A stretch of DNA of 64,000 nt from Octopus sinensis (taxonomy: Eukaryota), in NCBI RefSeq assembly GCF_006345805.1, contig NC_043004.1, positions 41,106,001 through 41,170,000 of the forward strand, written 5' to 3'. Every line of letters starts with the position of its first letter. The first letter of the stretch is position 1. The translations under genes and the position numbers were made by a program. The notes below the pieces were generated by a model. That model was not told the DNA's origin. It did no database searches and was given only the letters and a program-made list of their open reading frames with translations. Shown in pieces: positions 47,116 through 60,512 of the stretch.

Positions 47116-49105
47116 CAGCAACAACTGAAGATTCTTCAAAATCTGCTCAGAAATTACCAACTACTGCAAGTCCTCCCTATGTTTTTGGCGTTGCTGACAA
47201 GCTCGGTGCATCGTCTTCCTTTTTGGCAACTACATCAACCAAGGTGAATCAGTTTACAACAACACAAGTGACCAAATCTCCGTCTTTAGCCAATACTAAC
47301 AAGCCACAGTCACAAATATTCAAGCCCCCAGAACAATCTTCAACTCTTGGAAGTCTTCTTGCCACCCCCAAATCATCCGAGGAATCAACTAGCAAGGGCT
47401 TATTTGGCAATAGCACAGCAACATTTTCATTCCCTGGTTCAAAATTTAATACCAGTTCAGCTAATGATCTCTCAAAGCCACTTGCTCCAACTACAAAACA
47501 CTCAATATTTTCATTTTCCCAAGAGAATACTGGAATCGGCACTGCAGCTGCTGCCACAGACACTAAAAGTGCTCAGAATATTTTTTCATTTGTTCCTTCT
47601 TCAGCCAGCACCACCACTACGGCTACTAACGAAGCAGTTGCATCAAATACGTCCATTCCAAGTGCAGCTGCAACCACGAAGTCGAAGCCGATATCTACAT
47701 CACAGGGTTTGAGCAATTTACAGATGTTTAACGAAAACCCCTTCCAAGCTCCAACAGAGGGTTTCTCTTTTGATGGAACCTCTACTGGGATTGAATCTAC
47801 AGGTGCAAGCTTTCCACAACAACACTCCCCTCAAACAACCGCCACCGCCACTGCAGCTGTTCCTCTTACTGCAGGTTTATTTACCATGCCCACTACATCG
47901 ATTTTCAAGTCGTTCCCTCCTGCTGGTAGCACCACATCTGAGGTTACCACCGACAAACAAAATGCAGTAGTGTCTTCGGCAACTGAGGTAGTTTCTGCTG
48001 CACCTACTGCAGTAGCTACGGCCCCAGCTGCACAAGCAGTACCTGCAACGACATCATTAACTTCAAATGAAGCACCTTTGTTCTCCACCTTGAGTAACCT
48101 CCCGAAGCTGACTTCACTGAAAACTGAGGAGTCTTTGACTTTCCCGCCACCTTCCGGATTGACTGCAAAAAGTGCAACTGTCCCTCCAGCGTTGTCCTCA
48201 ATAACTTCACCAGTGGCTAATGTAGTTATCCCTGATGCGACAACAGCTGCTGCTTCATCTACTGCCACTCCTATTATGACTACCACCCCTACTAATACTA
48301 TTTCATTTACAGCTCCTTCTATTGCAACTGCTGCTGCTACTACTACTTTCTCTGCTCTTGCTTCCACATCTACAACTATTCCAGCAGCAGCAGCAGCTGT
48401 TTCTACTACAATCACTGCTGCTCCTACTCCTCCCAGTACTTTGTTCGGTGCCGCCTCTGCTTCTGCCCCAGCTACAGCACCGTCTACGTTTTCCGTGTCA
48501 ACCACAACTGCTTTTGCAGCTCCCACAACTAATGTGTTCACAATGTGTTTCAACACGGCAGCCGGTACCGGTAACGCCACCTCGGGTATTGCTGGCTCAA
48601 CAGTCTCAGGAAACGCGCCTTCTGGTAGCGCTGCCAGTATTTTCGCCAACGCTGCCAATACGCTCTTAGGTTCACCTGTACAGGCAACAAACGCTTCAAC
48701 GCCATCGACTGTTGCTGAGCCATTCAAATCACCAACTTCTCAAACTTCTAACCTGTTCACCCAAAGCACATTTCCTACATCATCCACGGGTAGCCCCTTG
48801 GCCAAAGGACTGTTTTGTCAAGACACTAGCGGCAGCAGCAGCACTGGACTATTCGGTCAAGTTGCTGGCCTACCTGCAAATACAGCAATCGGAGGTTCTA
48901 ATAGCATTGATGATTCAAGTGCCAGCAACACTGGAGCTGCCTTCAGTTCAGCCAAGACACTGTTCTCTCAGTCTAAAACTGGGTCTGTGTTTGGGCAGGC
49001 TTCAGCATCTCCTGCAGCTTCTACGAAGGCCACAGGTCTTTTTGGGCAGACAAGCACACCTCCAATGACTGCATTCAATCAGTCAGTTTTTGGTTCAACA
49101 GACAA
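47116..49105 (+). CDS. NUP214: Nup214 large exon (1990 nt, S/T/A-rich with FG/FSF motifs)
   Basis: Core of ORF 47031..49205; tacag(cag) acceptor, AA|gtacgt donor, phase 1 to 2. Confidence 0.92.
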
Positions 49106-49892
49106 GTACGTATACCTGCATATTCTTGGACGTTATCATCATCATTGTCATTTTTATGTTTTGTTGTTGTTTTTCTTCCTATTTTGCCCAAACCACATAG
49201 GGTAAACTGGTTTGTAATTCAGTTGAACCTGTGTGTGTATGTATGTATGTCGATGTTGTTTAACCCAAGGTCAACTCTGATTGAGCAGATGTACAATCAA
49301 AATGATTTCCTTCCATAACCATACTATTTTTTCTCTCTCAAATGTAGTCTAACTTGGATTACATTAGCCACTATTTTCGTTTGTTCTTTCTGTGACAATA
49401 AGGTATGATTTTAGAGAGATTTAGCTATTGTTTCTTGCATGTTGGGCTACAACATATAGGCTCGCTCACCAACTGGAACATGCTATTTTATTTATGCAAT
49501 TTGTAAACGATCATCGTTTACAGCTTTCTAATGGGATAATCACTGATTCACGATATAACTGTTGGGTGTGACTGACGCAGAAGTTTCCGACACATTGGAC
49601 ATTGTTCAAAGAACACTGATTGTTTTATCAATATATAACCAAAGTTTATAAGCATGCACATATGAATATATCAACCCATTAGCACTTACATTATTCTGTC
49701 ATATGTGATGCTTATTTATTCACATTGTTTTTTTTTTCCTTTTACCTAATCCTGCATTTTCTTGTAGTTTTGAGATTTCAGTGATGTGATTATCTACTTT
49801 TAAAACGACGCCATAGCATAGATGTGAGTGGTCAGATTTGGCTGGTTTGAACATCAAACAGTTTGTGTTTGGGCCAAATACGGTCAGTTTAA

Positions 49893-50484
49893 CCCTTTCG
49901 ATACCAACCCGGCCAAAACCACTTCTGGCTCTGTAGTACAAATGTCTTCGTTTTCAAAAGTTCCGAATTAAAATCTTCCACCAAACCTTAGTCACAATTT
50001 ATATTCCTAACACTAACTAAATGATAACTAAGTTACTAAATTCTTTGTTATATCTTTATATATAAAAGTAAGGTTGTGTGCTGTCTCCTATGATTTAGAT
50101 TCCTAACTACTCCCACATTTTGCGGTGCAGTTTAACCAAAACCGGGTATCTTATAGTCGTGATTCATATCGAGCCCATCTGGGTATTAGCATGAGTCTAC
50201 GATTTAAAAAAAAATTTACCATCAATTTTCCCATTTTTAATGCATTTTTGGCATATATAAGGGAAGTAACTCTCTAAAAATTTATTAAATCTCAACGTAA
50301 AAAGCTACAGTAACACCCTCCCCCTTGTGGTTAGCCATATTGAGATGGCTATTATACTTGCATCTCTAAAAATGCTTATATAGTTATTTCCCTTACAAAC
50401 CTGAGCAACGCCGGGCGATACTGCTAGTTTAAAATAATTAAAAGAAACACAGAGCATCTCAAAATAAATACAGTAACGAAAGGG
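49893..50484. mobile_element. piggyBac-type MITE family E, interrupted by a Helitron
   Basis: TTAA-CCCTTTCG...CGAAAGGG-TTAA; colinear with the reverse complement of 5786-6006 once 50053-50427 is removed. Confidence 0.85.
50053..50427 (+). mobile_element. Non-autonomous Helitron (375 bp)
   Basis: a|TCtttatatataaaag ... caaacctgagcaacgccgggcgatactgCTAG|t; AT target with no TSD, confirmed by the empty-site copy at 5786-6006. Confidence 0.88.
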
Positions 50485-51196
50485 TTAAATATATTTTTCA
50501 CAAGGAAAAGTGCTAGTGGTGGCTTTGGAGTTTTAGATTAGTTGCTTATGTCTCAGACTGAGGCAAAACTTTAAAGTCATTGTCTTCTTTCCCTTTGTGA
50601 AAAACTAAAAAAAAGCATAAGGCATTGAATTATTCTTCAATTAATGTTTGATTTTGCATGGCTGTGTGGTGAGGAAGCTTGCTTTTCAACTGTGGTCTTA
50701 GGTTCAGTCCCACTGTACAGCATCTTGAACAAATGTCTTCTGTTATATCCCTGGGCTGATGAAAGTCTTATGAGTGGACTTGGAAGGCAGATATTAAGAT
50801 AAACCTGTTATATGCGTATCCTTATGTTTCAGCAGCTCTTTTATCTACATGAGTACACAAAAAAGTTGTTCACCAGCAGAAATCTGCACCAAAGAGACTC
50901 TACAGAAAGCAATGATGCAGAAATAAACGGCACGTCAAGATGTCAACTTACCCTTAGACTTGAGACCCAACTTGAATGCTTGCAAAATGCTGAAAGCATC
51001 CCGGGCCATATTCTGGTGTTAAACTTGCTCTGTTTGGTTTAGTACCATCATCTGGTCCTTGCATGCCTTTAGCATTTCGCACTTTTTCACAAGCATTTGA
51101 GAGCCAGGTCTCTGGAGGACAGCTTCTTTCCTTTGTTTTACCAGTCTCAGACTCCCCGAAAGAAGTCACAACCACTATCCTTCCTCCCCCTAAGCT

Positions 51197-51227
<31 letters not shown>

Positions 51228-51618
51228 TCTCTTTTACTTGTTTCAGTCATTTGACTGTGGCCATGCTGGAGCACCACCTTTAGTTGAGCAAATCGACCCC
51301 AGAACTTATTCTTTGTAAGCCTAGTACTTATTCTATCAGTCTCTTTTGCCGAACTGCTAAGTAAACACACCAGCATCGGTTGTCAAGCGATGTTGGTAGG
51401 ACAAACACATATACACACATACAAACATATATATATATATATATACATATATATACATATATATACACGACGGGCTTCTTTCAGTTTCCATTTACCATAT
51501 CCACTCATATATCTGAGGCTATAGTAGAAGACACTTGCCCAAGGTGCCACGTGGTGGGACTGAACCCTGAACCATGTGGTCGGTAAGCAAGCTACTTACC
51601 ACACAGCCACTCCTACGC

Positions 51619-51649
<31 letters not shown>

Positions 51650-51848
51650 CTTCTGGTAGCTCTTGGTTTATCAATCTTTCTGAACTCCAGGATAAAAAAG
51701 TAAGCATTTATGTCTCCCGTTTAGAACTTTGTGAAAACTTTAAAACATTGTTACCCAGAAGTACTTAGACAAGGTTGCTTTGATTTTATTTATTTATTTA
51801 TTTTTTTTTTTTTTTACCATTTAATATTATATTTTAAATCTCTTACAG

Positions 51849-51920
51849 TACCTTCAAAACAAATGCATTTGCACAATCAGCAGCTTCAACAGCATCTGTT
51901 TTTGGACAGGCTCCTTCCAG
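51849..51920 (+). CDS. NUP214: Nup214 small exon (TFKTNAFAQSAASTASVFGQAPS)
   Basis: cttacag acceptor, AG|gtaagt donor, phase 2 to 2. Confidence 0.85.
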
Positions 51921-52399
51921 GTAAGTTGATACTTTTAGAATTTAGCATTTTGATTAACAATGTCGTTATCATCATCATCATCATGTCCATATTTAATGCT
52001 GTTATAGCTTAAACGGGTTTACAAATATGTTATGTCAGTGTTTCTACCAAGGTTGTCTTTACCTTTCATTCTTTTGGGGTCAATAAAATAAGTACCAGTT
52101 TAGGACTGGGGTCGATGTAATTGACGGTGCTGAGTTGTCAAACATTTAAACCAAATTTTCTCAAAACAACTTGTCCGACCATCCCATAGGCCTTCCCTTT
52201 GAGAAACACTGATTTAAGCTAAATTTGAGATACCAGCAAAAGAAGAAATAAAGGTAGACTTTTTTTCTAGTCCAAAGAAAAACGATTTTATTCACACAAA
52301 TATGCAACCAAAGAGTTTAAAGTACCAGTAATGATATGGCTGTTGACTGGGAGAACACAAATACGGTTTAAACAGTAAGTTTGGCAGGAAAGAAACGTG

Positions 52400-52648
52400 C
52401 CTTCAAGCAGTACAAAACAACAAAAAATAGAAGATGCAGTTATGTACAGGTTGACGGAAGAAAAGCAGGACTAAAACAGCTTTACCGATCGCATTCTCAC
52501 CTGGAATTGATTTTTGTAATTTTTTTCAAGACTTATACATGCCCTGATACCATCTGTATCTACATATCAAATTTGAGTGCAATCGGATAGAGGATGTCCG
52601 AGATCCGAGAAGACACACAGACAGACAGGCCGGATTTTATATAAGAGA
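52400..52648 (-). mobile_element. Helitron-like 5' fragment
   Basis: Minus strand starts a|TCtcttatataaaatccggcctgtctgtctgtgtgt; 3' CTAG end not found. Confidence 0.4.
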
Positions 52649-54823
52649 TATACTGTTTTGAAGGCGATGCCCCAGCATGGCTGCAGTCCAGTGACTGAAA
52701 CAAATAAGATACAAGATATATATGTCTTCTTTTGTTCTTTTCAATCATTTGACTGTGGCCATGCTGGAGCACCGCCTTGAAGTGATTTATGTCAAACAGT
52801 TCAACCCCATGACTTACTTTTTAAGCCTAGTACTTTTTCTATTGGTCTCTTTGCCGAACCACTAAGTCACAGGGACATAAACACACCAACACAAGTTGTC
52901 AAGCAACGATGGAGACACACGCACACATACACATGTATAACAGGCTTCTTTCAATTCCTGTCTACCAAATCCACTCACAAGGCTTAGGTCAGCCCATGAC
53001 TATAGTAGAAGACACTTGCCCAAGGTGCCACATAGTGGGACTGAACTTGGAACCATATGGTTGGGAAGCAAGCTTCTTACCACACAGTCACGTAGAAAAT
53101 AAAATGAAACTTAAGGTTGTTTTAGCATTTAAATCGGCCATATCCAGTCCAAATATTCTACCTGTTTTACGTTCAAACCAGCCAGATTCAGCCTCTCAAA
53201 ACTACAAAATAATGCATGATTAATTCTCTTTCTTTTATTCACTTTTACTTGTTTCAGTCATTTGACTGTGGCCTTGCTGGAGCACCACCTTTTAGTCGAG
53301 CAAATCAACCCCAGGACTTATTCTTTGTAAGCCTAGTACTTATCCTGTCGGTCTGTTTTGTCGAACCGCTAAGTTACGGGGACGTAAACACACCAGCATC
53401 GGTTGTCAAGCGATGGTGAGAGGACAAACACAGACACACACACACATATATACGTATTTACAACGGGATTCTTTCAGTTTCCGCCTAATATATCCACTCA
53501 CAAGGCTTTGGTCGGCCCGAGGCTATAGTAGAAGACACTTGCCCAAGGCGCCACGCAGTGGGACTGAACCCGGAACTGTGTGGTTGGTAAGCAAGCTACT
53601 TACCACACAGACACTCCTGTGCATCAAAACAATGTGAATAAACAAGCATTGCATTTGACATCATCATCGTTTAACATCCGCTTTCCATGCTAGCATGGGT
53701 TGGACATTTGACTGAGGTCTGGCGAACTAGATGGCTGCACCAGGCTCCAATCTGATCTGGCAGAGTTTCTACAGCTGGATGCCTTTCCTAACGCCAACCA
53801 CTCCGAGAGTGTAGTGGGTGCTTTTACGTGCCACCAGCATGAGGGCCAGTCAGGCAGTACTGGCAACGGCCACGCTCAAATGGTGCTTTTTATGTGCCAG
53901 CAGCACTGGCAATGACCTCGCTCGGATGTTTTTTCACATGCCACCAGCACAAGTGCCAGTAAGGGCGACACAGGTAATGATCATGCTCGAATGGTGCTTT
54001 TTACGTGCCACCGGCATGGAAGCCAGTTTGTTGCTCTGGCAACGATCACACTCGGATGGTGCTCTTAGCGCTCCACTAGCACAGATGCCAGTCATCGAAT
54101 TTGATTTCTATTTCAGGTAATCTAAATGCTTAAGGGTTTATTTCACCACATTTTATGTGTTTCATTATCGTCATCATCATTTAATGTCCATTGTCTGTGT
54201 TGGCATGGGTTGGGTGATTTGACCAGAGCTGGCAAACTGGGCTCCAGTCTGATTTGACATGGTTTCTACGGCTGTATGCCTTTCCTAACACCAACCATTT
54301 TACAGAGTGTGCTGGGTGCTTTTACATGACACCACACGGGTGCTTTTATGTGGCCCTGTGCAAGCACTTTCACATGGCACTGACACAGGGCTCTTGCAGG
54401 TCTATCCTCACCACCAGGGGACTGGTTTAATACTTCTACTGTGGAGAGCGGATCTTCTTGAACACAGCAAGGCACTAGGCATCTCAGTTCGATGTCATCT
54501 CACCTGAACAGTTCAGCGTTCTTTCTAAGGTCATTCTTTGGTACTTCATCCCATTATTGGTTATATAATGCAAATTATACAACCTGCACCCACTATCAAA
54601 TCATCAAGCAATAGCTTATAAACAAACTTGTTTTATTTTATTTTCTAAATATACCCTGTGTAATACTTCGGCCCAAATTTAATAAAGGATAAAATGATAA
54701 TACGTGAAAGGAAATAGTCATGGAGTTCTTAATTGGTTATTTGTCAAGAAATTTATGATTTAACTTGTATTGTATGAATATAATAATATGTATGTATATC
54801 TTCTGTGCATTTGTAAATTCCAG

Positions 54824-55080
54824 TTCGTCAGTCTTTGGGCAACCTGCAACTACTGGCAGCAACAGTGTTAGTACTGGCAGTATATTTGGCAGCACCAACA
54901 ACCAGTCGTCCACTGCACCAGCCTCAACTGGTGGCATTTCAGCAGGTCTGTTTTCATCTGGAGCATCCACACCCTTCTTCAGCGGTCTCGGTGGGAAGCC
55001 AAGTGAAGAGAACGCAAACCAGAACATCTTTGGCAATACTAGTCAGGTGTTCAATTCAGGAACAACAACTCAGAATGCAG
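54824..55080 (+). CDS. NUP214: Nup214 FG exon (SVFGQPA...PFFSGLGGKPSEENANQNIFG)
   Basis: aattccag acceptor, G|gtaaaa donor, phase 2 to 1; FFSGLGGKP resembles the conserved vertebrate segment. Confidence 0.9.
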
Positions 55081-56565
55081 GTAAAATAATAAATGGGATG
55101 CCTTCAAAAATAGATGCTGTGTTAACTCTTAATATTAATATTCCGTACAACACAAAGCCACCCAACATTGCATGTATCTCTTAGTCCTATAAATTTTATA
55201 ATGTAAAAGCTGCAAAAAGATGAGTGGGGAAAAACATTTCTTTTTTTATATCCTGTTTGTGTGTCCATGTCTGTTACTAGACATTACTAATATCTTTTTT
55301 TTTTTTATGTATCTAGGTTTTTTTTTACTTGTGTAGAATTTTTAATAGCATGGACAACATTATTTTTTAGCAAAAAGAACTATTTACATTTAAAAAAAAA
55401 TGAAGTCTTTTCTATAATACTGACAGTTTTCTTGATAATCTGACCACAAGTAAATACACTATAAACATTTGGATAAACAAAAACATTTTCATGTATTTTC
55501 TCTTGCCGGTGGCACGTAAGAGAACCATCCAAATGTGGCCGTTGCCAGTGCTGCCCCAACTGGCCTCCATGCTGGTAGCATGTTAAAAGCACCATCCGAT
55601 CGTGGCCGTTGCCAGCCTCGCCTGGCACCTGTGCTGGTGGCACGTAAAAAGCACCCACTACACTCTCGGAGTGGTTGGCATTAGGAAGGGCATCCAGCTG
55701 TAGAAACACTGCCAGATCAGACTGGAGCCTGGTGCCGCCTTTTGGCTTCCCAGACCCCAGTTGAAGCTGTCCAACCCATGCTAGCATGGAAAACAGATAT
55801 TATACGACGACGATGATGATGTTATTATAAGGCTAGTGTTTCGACTTCATCTTTTTATTGTCTGTCATTTTCATGCTGGAATAATATGTTAGGTAATCTG
55901 TATATGACCAACCCTCTTGATCCTTTGGCATCTCATATACTATCATCATCATCATCATCGTTGGACGGTTCAACTGGGGTCTGGGAAGCCCAAAGGCTGT
56001 ACCAGGCCAGTCATATCTGACGGTGTTTCTACAGCTGTATGCCCTTCCTAACGCCAGAACCCATACTATATGTATGAGAAATGCTATGATTTATGAAAGG
56101 GAGACATGTGGGCAACAAGGATGAAAGAATTGGAAAGAACAAAAATGGGAATTGTTCTGTGGATGAGATGAATATTGCTGAAAGAGGGGAAGTTAAAGAA
56201 TTACAGAGAATAATGGAAATAGTCAGTGGTGCGAGAAATGAGATGAGATGATTGGGTCCTATGCTGAGGAAGGCTGAAAGAGACTAAGAGGAATGATGGA
56301 AATAAATGTAGAGGGAGGTAAAAGTGGGGAAAACCAAGACATGGCTAAGGAATAGTAGAAGAGATAATGAGAGCAGCGAGGTTGTAGAGGATAGGGCAAA
56401 AAAAGAGGAGACTGTCACAGGGCTTGAAAGGCTAACTTTTGCCTTAGCTAAAGCAAAGGAAATGGCCTTAAAATGCTTTGGTTGTTGTACATGCAGGAAA
56501 CAATACTACTGTGAGTTATAGACTTCAAGACAGCATTTATTACATACATAGAAGAAAAATATTTT

Positions 56566-56976
56566 GATCTTTTCTGTTTGAACGGCAGTTTTTTCTAGCG
56601 GTGTCATATGAAATTGTCACCCATTATTATGACCCTAGTATCGATCTATTGCATTTCAATCTGTTTTAGTGTTAGGGTGGAGGGAAAGAGTATCTTTTTT
56701 TTCTTCACAAATGTAAATAAACCCAATCTGTTTCTTAAACGAGGGACATATTCATACGGCACAGAATGTTGTTTACCTCAATGGACGTCAGTGATTGGTT
56801 GAAATTGCAGAAATTGAAGAAAATAAACAACAAATATCTTACAAACTATAGAATTTTCTGAATAAAACCAAGAGAAAAAGATGTTTTATAAACACATTCT
56901 ACCAGTATACGAAGTTTAAAATTTTTTAGTTACCTAGAAATTATGTTAAAAACTGCCGTTTAAACCGAAAAGATCC
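56566..56976. mobile_element. MITE, second copy of 22387-22747
   Basis: Same TIRs and body. Confidence 0.8.
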
Positions 56977-57360
56977 ACATTTTTTAACTTATTTCTTTTT
57001 TTTGTTTTGCAAGGTACTTGGTGACCCTGTCAGTGCAGGTGCCACTTAAAAAACATCCAGTCCACACTGTAAAGTGGTTGGCATTTGGAAAGGCATCCAG
57101 CTGTAAAAACCTTGCCAAAAACTGATCTCACCTATGCTTGTGCCTCATAAAAAGCACTAAGTCCACTCTGCTGAGTGGTTGGTGTTAGGAAGTGCATCCA
57201 GCTGTAAAAATCCTGTCAAAACAGTCACAGAAGTCTGGTGCAGGCTTCTGCCTGGCCGGCTCCTGTCAAACCGTCCCACCCATGCCAGCATGAGAGGCAG
57301 ACATTAAATGATGATGATAGAAGACCCAGTAAAGAAAACAAAAACAGTTTACAGACTTCC

Positions 57361-57516
57361 TTTTTTTCTCTCCTTGTTTTTTCTGTGTCCCTTTCTGTAG
57401 AAGAGCGTAGGTTCGAAACGTAAAAGACTTTTTCTATTCCTGAGCGTTATACTAATACATCTGTTTGTTTTGTACACCACCTGTCTTCGTCTTTTGTTTT
57501 TTTCGTAAACTCTCCC
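57361..57516 (+). mobile_element. Penelope-like terminal repeat fragment with hammerhead-like motif
   Basis: CTTT CTGTAGA A GAGC GTAG GTTC GAAAC GTA AAAG at 57391-57426. Confidence 0.55.
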
Positions 57517-57904
57517 TTCTTAGAACAATCACAGGTACCATGTTTGGTGAACAGAAAGACAACAATAGTGTACAAACAGTATATTAGAGTCCATCATGGA
57601 TCATTCTAGTTTTACTTAGGATCCAATTGTTCTAAAACATAATGACGCGCTATGCATAACAGAATGTACGCAATCTACTCCCTTTTAGCACATCTGCAAT
57701 AAAGTAAAAACAACTAAAAAGGAATGACCACCAGGATATATTCTGTTGCTGTAGCAAAGATTGTAATCTTGTTGTCCCTGTCATTACACGAAAAACAACC
57801 TCCATTTTTACCCAGTAAGAGTTGTTATTGAACATCAGTCACTTCATAGGCATTCAAGATTAAGATATCCAGGTCATTGATTCCAGAGAATTGTGTCTCA
57901 AGTC

Positions 57905-58362
57905 TAAGACTTTCAAGAGAAAGGGTTATCTCCGACGTCTGGCAGCTGACTTGGCAGACACCCATAAAATTATCAACCATCATACAAACAATAACTCTGA
58001 GCACCTTTTCAAACTCCACCCATCTAACACCCGTGGACATATTTACAAAGTAAGAAAACAGCACAGCTCCCATGACTTCAGGAAACATTTTTTCACGCTG
58101 AGAGTTGCTGAAGCATGGAACAAACTGCCGGCATCAGTTGTTAGTTGTCGGAGCACTGCATCCTTCAAAACTTCCATGCTTCCTGAGATTCACCAACACT
58201 ACACTTGATTTTCTCCCCTCCATACACACACAAGCATGTATCTAACTCATACATTGTTCGCTTTCCAGACATTTTTACATTACTGCATGTACTTTATATG
58301 CACTTTCTGACAAGTTGTGGTGCACCTGAGCACTGTATACAATAATTTCATTATATTATATT
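57905..58362 (+). mobile_element. CR1-clade LINE 3' fragment
   Basis: LRRLAADLADTHKII...TRGH...RKHFFTLRVAEAWNKLP, then a 3' UTR ending in (ATT)n-like repeats. Confidence 0.8.
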
Positions 58363-58485
58363 ATCTATGCATACAATAGCTTGGATTTTAATGTTATCAG
58401 TTGTGTGTGTGTGTGTCTTGTGAAATTTATTGGAGTGATTGAGAAATGGTGTTACTGAAGCTCTTCTCTTTGTATTTGCACACAG

Positions 58486-58668
58486 CTAACCTGTTTGGTT
58501 CCCAGTCGCCTACATCAGGCTTCAAGAGCGTCGCTTTGGCGAGTCCTAAACTGAGCAGCACCTTTAGCTTTGGTTCATCAAACACTGGCGGCAGCGTGGC
58601 CAGTTCTGGCTTTAGTCTCAGCCAACAGCAGCAGCAGCAGCAGGCAAATCAACCCCAGCAGCAGCAAG
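58486..58668 (+). CDS. NUP214: Nup214 FG exon ending in polyQ; probable GC donor
   Basis: cacacag acceptor; CAAG|gcaagt donor gives phase 1, matching the next exon. Confidence 0.8.
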
Positions 58669-58735
58669 GCAAGTAGTTTTATTTGGACATTGATAAAGGG
58701 TTGATGAATTAGAAAGTGGAATCTTTTAGCTGGAT

Positions 58736-58968
58736 TAAGGCGGCGAGATGGCAGAAACGTTAGCACGCTGGGCGAAATGCTTAGCGGTATTTCGTCTGCG
58801 TTACGTTGTGAGTTCAAATTCCGCCGAGGTCGACTTTGCCTTTCATCCTTTCGGGGTCGATAAATTAACTACCAGTTACGCACTGGGGTCGATGTAATCA
58901 ACTTAATACCTATGTCTGTCCTTGTTTGTCCCCTCTGTGTTTAGCCCCTTGTGGGTAAAAAAGAAATA
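58736..58968 (+). mobile_element. SINE family A
   Basis: 15-bp direct repeat atcttttagctggat at 58721-58735 and 58972-58986. Confidence 0.88.
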
Positions 58969-60512
58969 GGTATCTTTTAGCTGGATGAGGAGTGAGGTTG
59001 GTGGCAAGGTAGACATGCATCTGTGTGTGTGTGTACGCATGCATGCATGTCTGTCTTTGTGTATGCCTTGTTGCACAGTAGCTTGATTAGAGGTTGGATT
59101 TAAGGTTTCTTTTCATGTAAATAGATAACTAGCTCAGATGACAGATGTCTGCCTGTATATGTATTTGTGTGAAAAATGTGAATGTAATGCTTGTAAGAGT
59201 AACCTAGGTGTGCGTGTGTGTGTGTATACTTTCTGTTAAAGTGCTTGAGTTACGTATGTGGTACTTGACAGTCATTGTGTATGTGTGTGTTATGTGTGAT
59301 GTTTGTAAGAGTAACTAAAGCAGGTGTGTGTGAGTGTATGCATACACATGTGCAAGCTGGCTGTTTTACGGCAGTTTATCCAGTGATGTGCTTAAACTTG
59401 GTGGCCAGTTGGCTGAGTTATTAAGACTGTCGGACAAATTGCTTTGCAGTTGTTGTTGTTCTGACTCTCTAGTTTCTGAGTTCAAATCTCAAAAAAGTCA
59501 ACCTTGCTTTTTCTTGCTTTCAGGATCAATAAAGTAATCAGTCCTGAATTGGCGTCAACTCTTCTTTCTCTCACTCTTTTATTCTGTCTGTATCTGTCTG
59601 TCTTTCTCAGTTTTGGAAGAAATCAGTTGTCATCAGACCTGGAGAGGGATGGGTACTGCCAGTCTAAAATTGTCCAAGGCATGGCATATGTCATAATGGT
59701 GCTTCTGTGACCCTAAACAAGGAATTGAAGGCCCGAGGCAAGGCACATGTCTATTGCAAGAGTATCAGTGAATTTAAACTGGCCACACCTAGCAAAAACA
59801 TTCTACCTGTTTTGACTCATACTGGCCAAATCTGCCCCTCCCTACTTACCCTATAGTATCATTCTAAAAACTAGCAGTTATTGCATAAAAATCAGAAGGC
59901 TTTAAGATAATGCATGATTAATTCTAAAAATATGAATAAATAAGCATTACATTTGACAGAATAATTTGCATACTAAATGGTTAAGGACAAGCTACTGCCT
60001 TAATGCAGAACAAATCTGGAGAGAACTTGTGGCCACCTTCAGTGTTGGTGGTTGTAGTGGTAACAATTACAGCTTTACTAATGAGGAATGCATTGCCCAG
60101 TGTAGTCCTAAGTATTAAAAAAAATACAGAATGGTCATGATTATAACACCTGTCACAGGTTTACTCGACAAGTACTGACCTGGTGTTAAACAGCAATAAA
60201 AACAATGGTATTTCTATGACCTGACAGAATTGTTAGCGAGTCAGATATAGCATTTCTGGTTCAAATTCAGCCGAAGTCAGTTCCACTTGATTTTCCTGGG
60301 TCTATGAAATATATACTGGTTGAATATGGGTTGATGTTATCTACTTACTCCCTCCTCCAAAATTGCTGACCTTGTGCCAGAATTTGAAATTCTTGTTATT
60401 ACCATTAACACTATCACCATTATCCAGGTTTTATTTCCATGTCTGGAATTTCTTCTCTAAATTTTTCTGCAGACTGCTTGAAGTACCAAGTGTCAGTCTT
60501 AAAGTCCCTTGG

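Noticed and set aside
47831-48727. 298-aa minus-strand ORF
   Set aside because: Antisense shadow of the low-complexity Nup214 exon.
56075-56420. Purine-rich stretch faintly like an RTE C-terminus (also 14980-15130 and an I/jockey-like YKQYIR at about 57570)
   Set aside because: Too decayed to assign from sequence alone.
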